In this document: positions 63,916 to 64,000 of the stretch, one piece after another
How the letters are laid out: every line of letters starts with the position of its first letter
Numbering within the stretch: the stretch's first letter is position 1
Origin: Aplysia californica
Lineage: Eukaryota
Length of the DNA: 64,000 nt
Direction: 5' to 3'
Assembly (NCBI RefSeq): GCF_000002075.1
Contig: NW_004797343.1
Location: 861,942-925,941 of the forward strand
Notes under the pieces: generated by a model
Seen by the model: only the letters and a program-made list of their open reading frames with translations
Database searches by the model: none
What the model was told of the DNA's origin: nothing
Program-made: the position numbers and the translations under genes

Positions 63916-64000
<85 letters not shown>

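Noticed and set aside
62013-63998. ORFs rich in CV, HT, ER or X
   Set aside because: Translations of microsatellites and N gaps.

Overview
Eukaryotic, intron-rich, transposon-dense animal genomic DNA with several N gaps. The repeat families suggest a lophotrochozoan, probably a mollusc (inference). Two spliced protein genes can be rebuilt on the + strand. (1) V-ATPase subunit F (ATP6V1F): 5 exons, 7079-23713, 122 aa. (2) A four-exon gene for a ~306-aa acyl-ACP-thioesterase-like double hot-dog protein, 38546-49900. Most of the rest is nested mobile DNA: a Merlin/IS1595-like transposase fragment, a decayed Tc1, a near-intact RTE LINE, fragments of a second RTE and of Rex-Babar-like, Nimb/I and L2 LINEs, tRNA-derived SINEs, and many MITEs whose target-site duplications (TSDs) can be read directly. 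Most notable: three independent P-type MITE insertions (each with its own 7-bp TSD) inside one hAT MITE; a family of GGCC...CACTTC(C/G) elements with 9-bp TSDs whose members carry different subterminal palindromes; a CTAG-ended family with 6-bp TSDs; a 28-bp inverted-repeat pair enclosing ATP6V1F exon 1; a candidate HDV-like ribozyme half at the RTE 5' end; and a cluster of IRF/ISRE-like motifs near candidate divergent exons.
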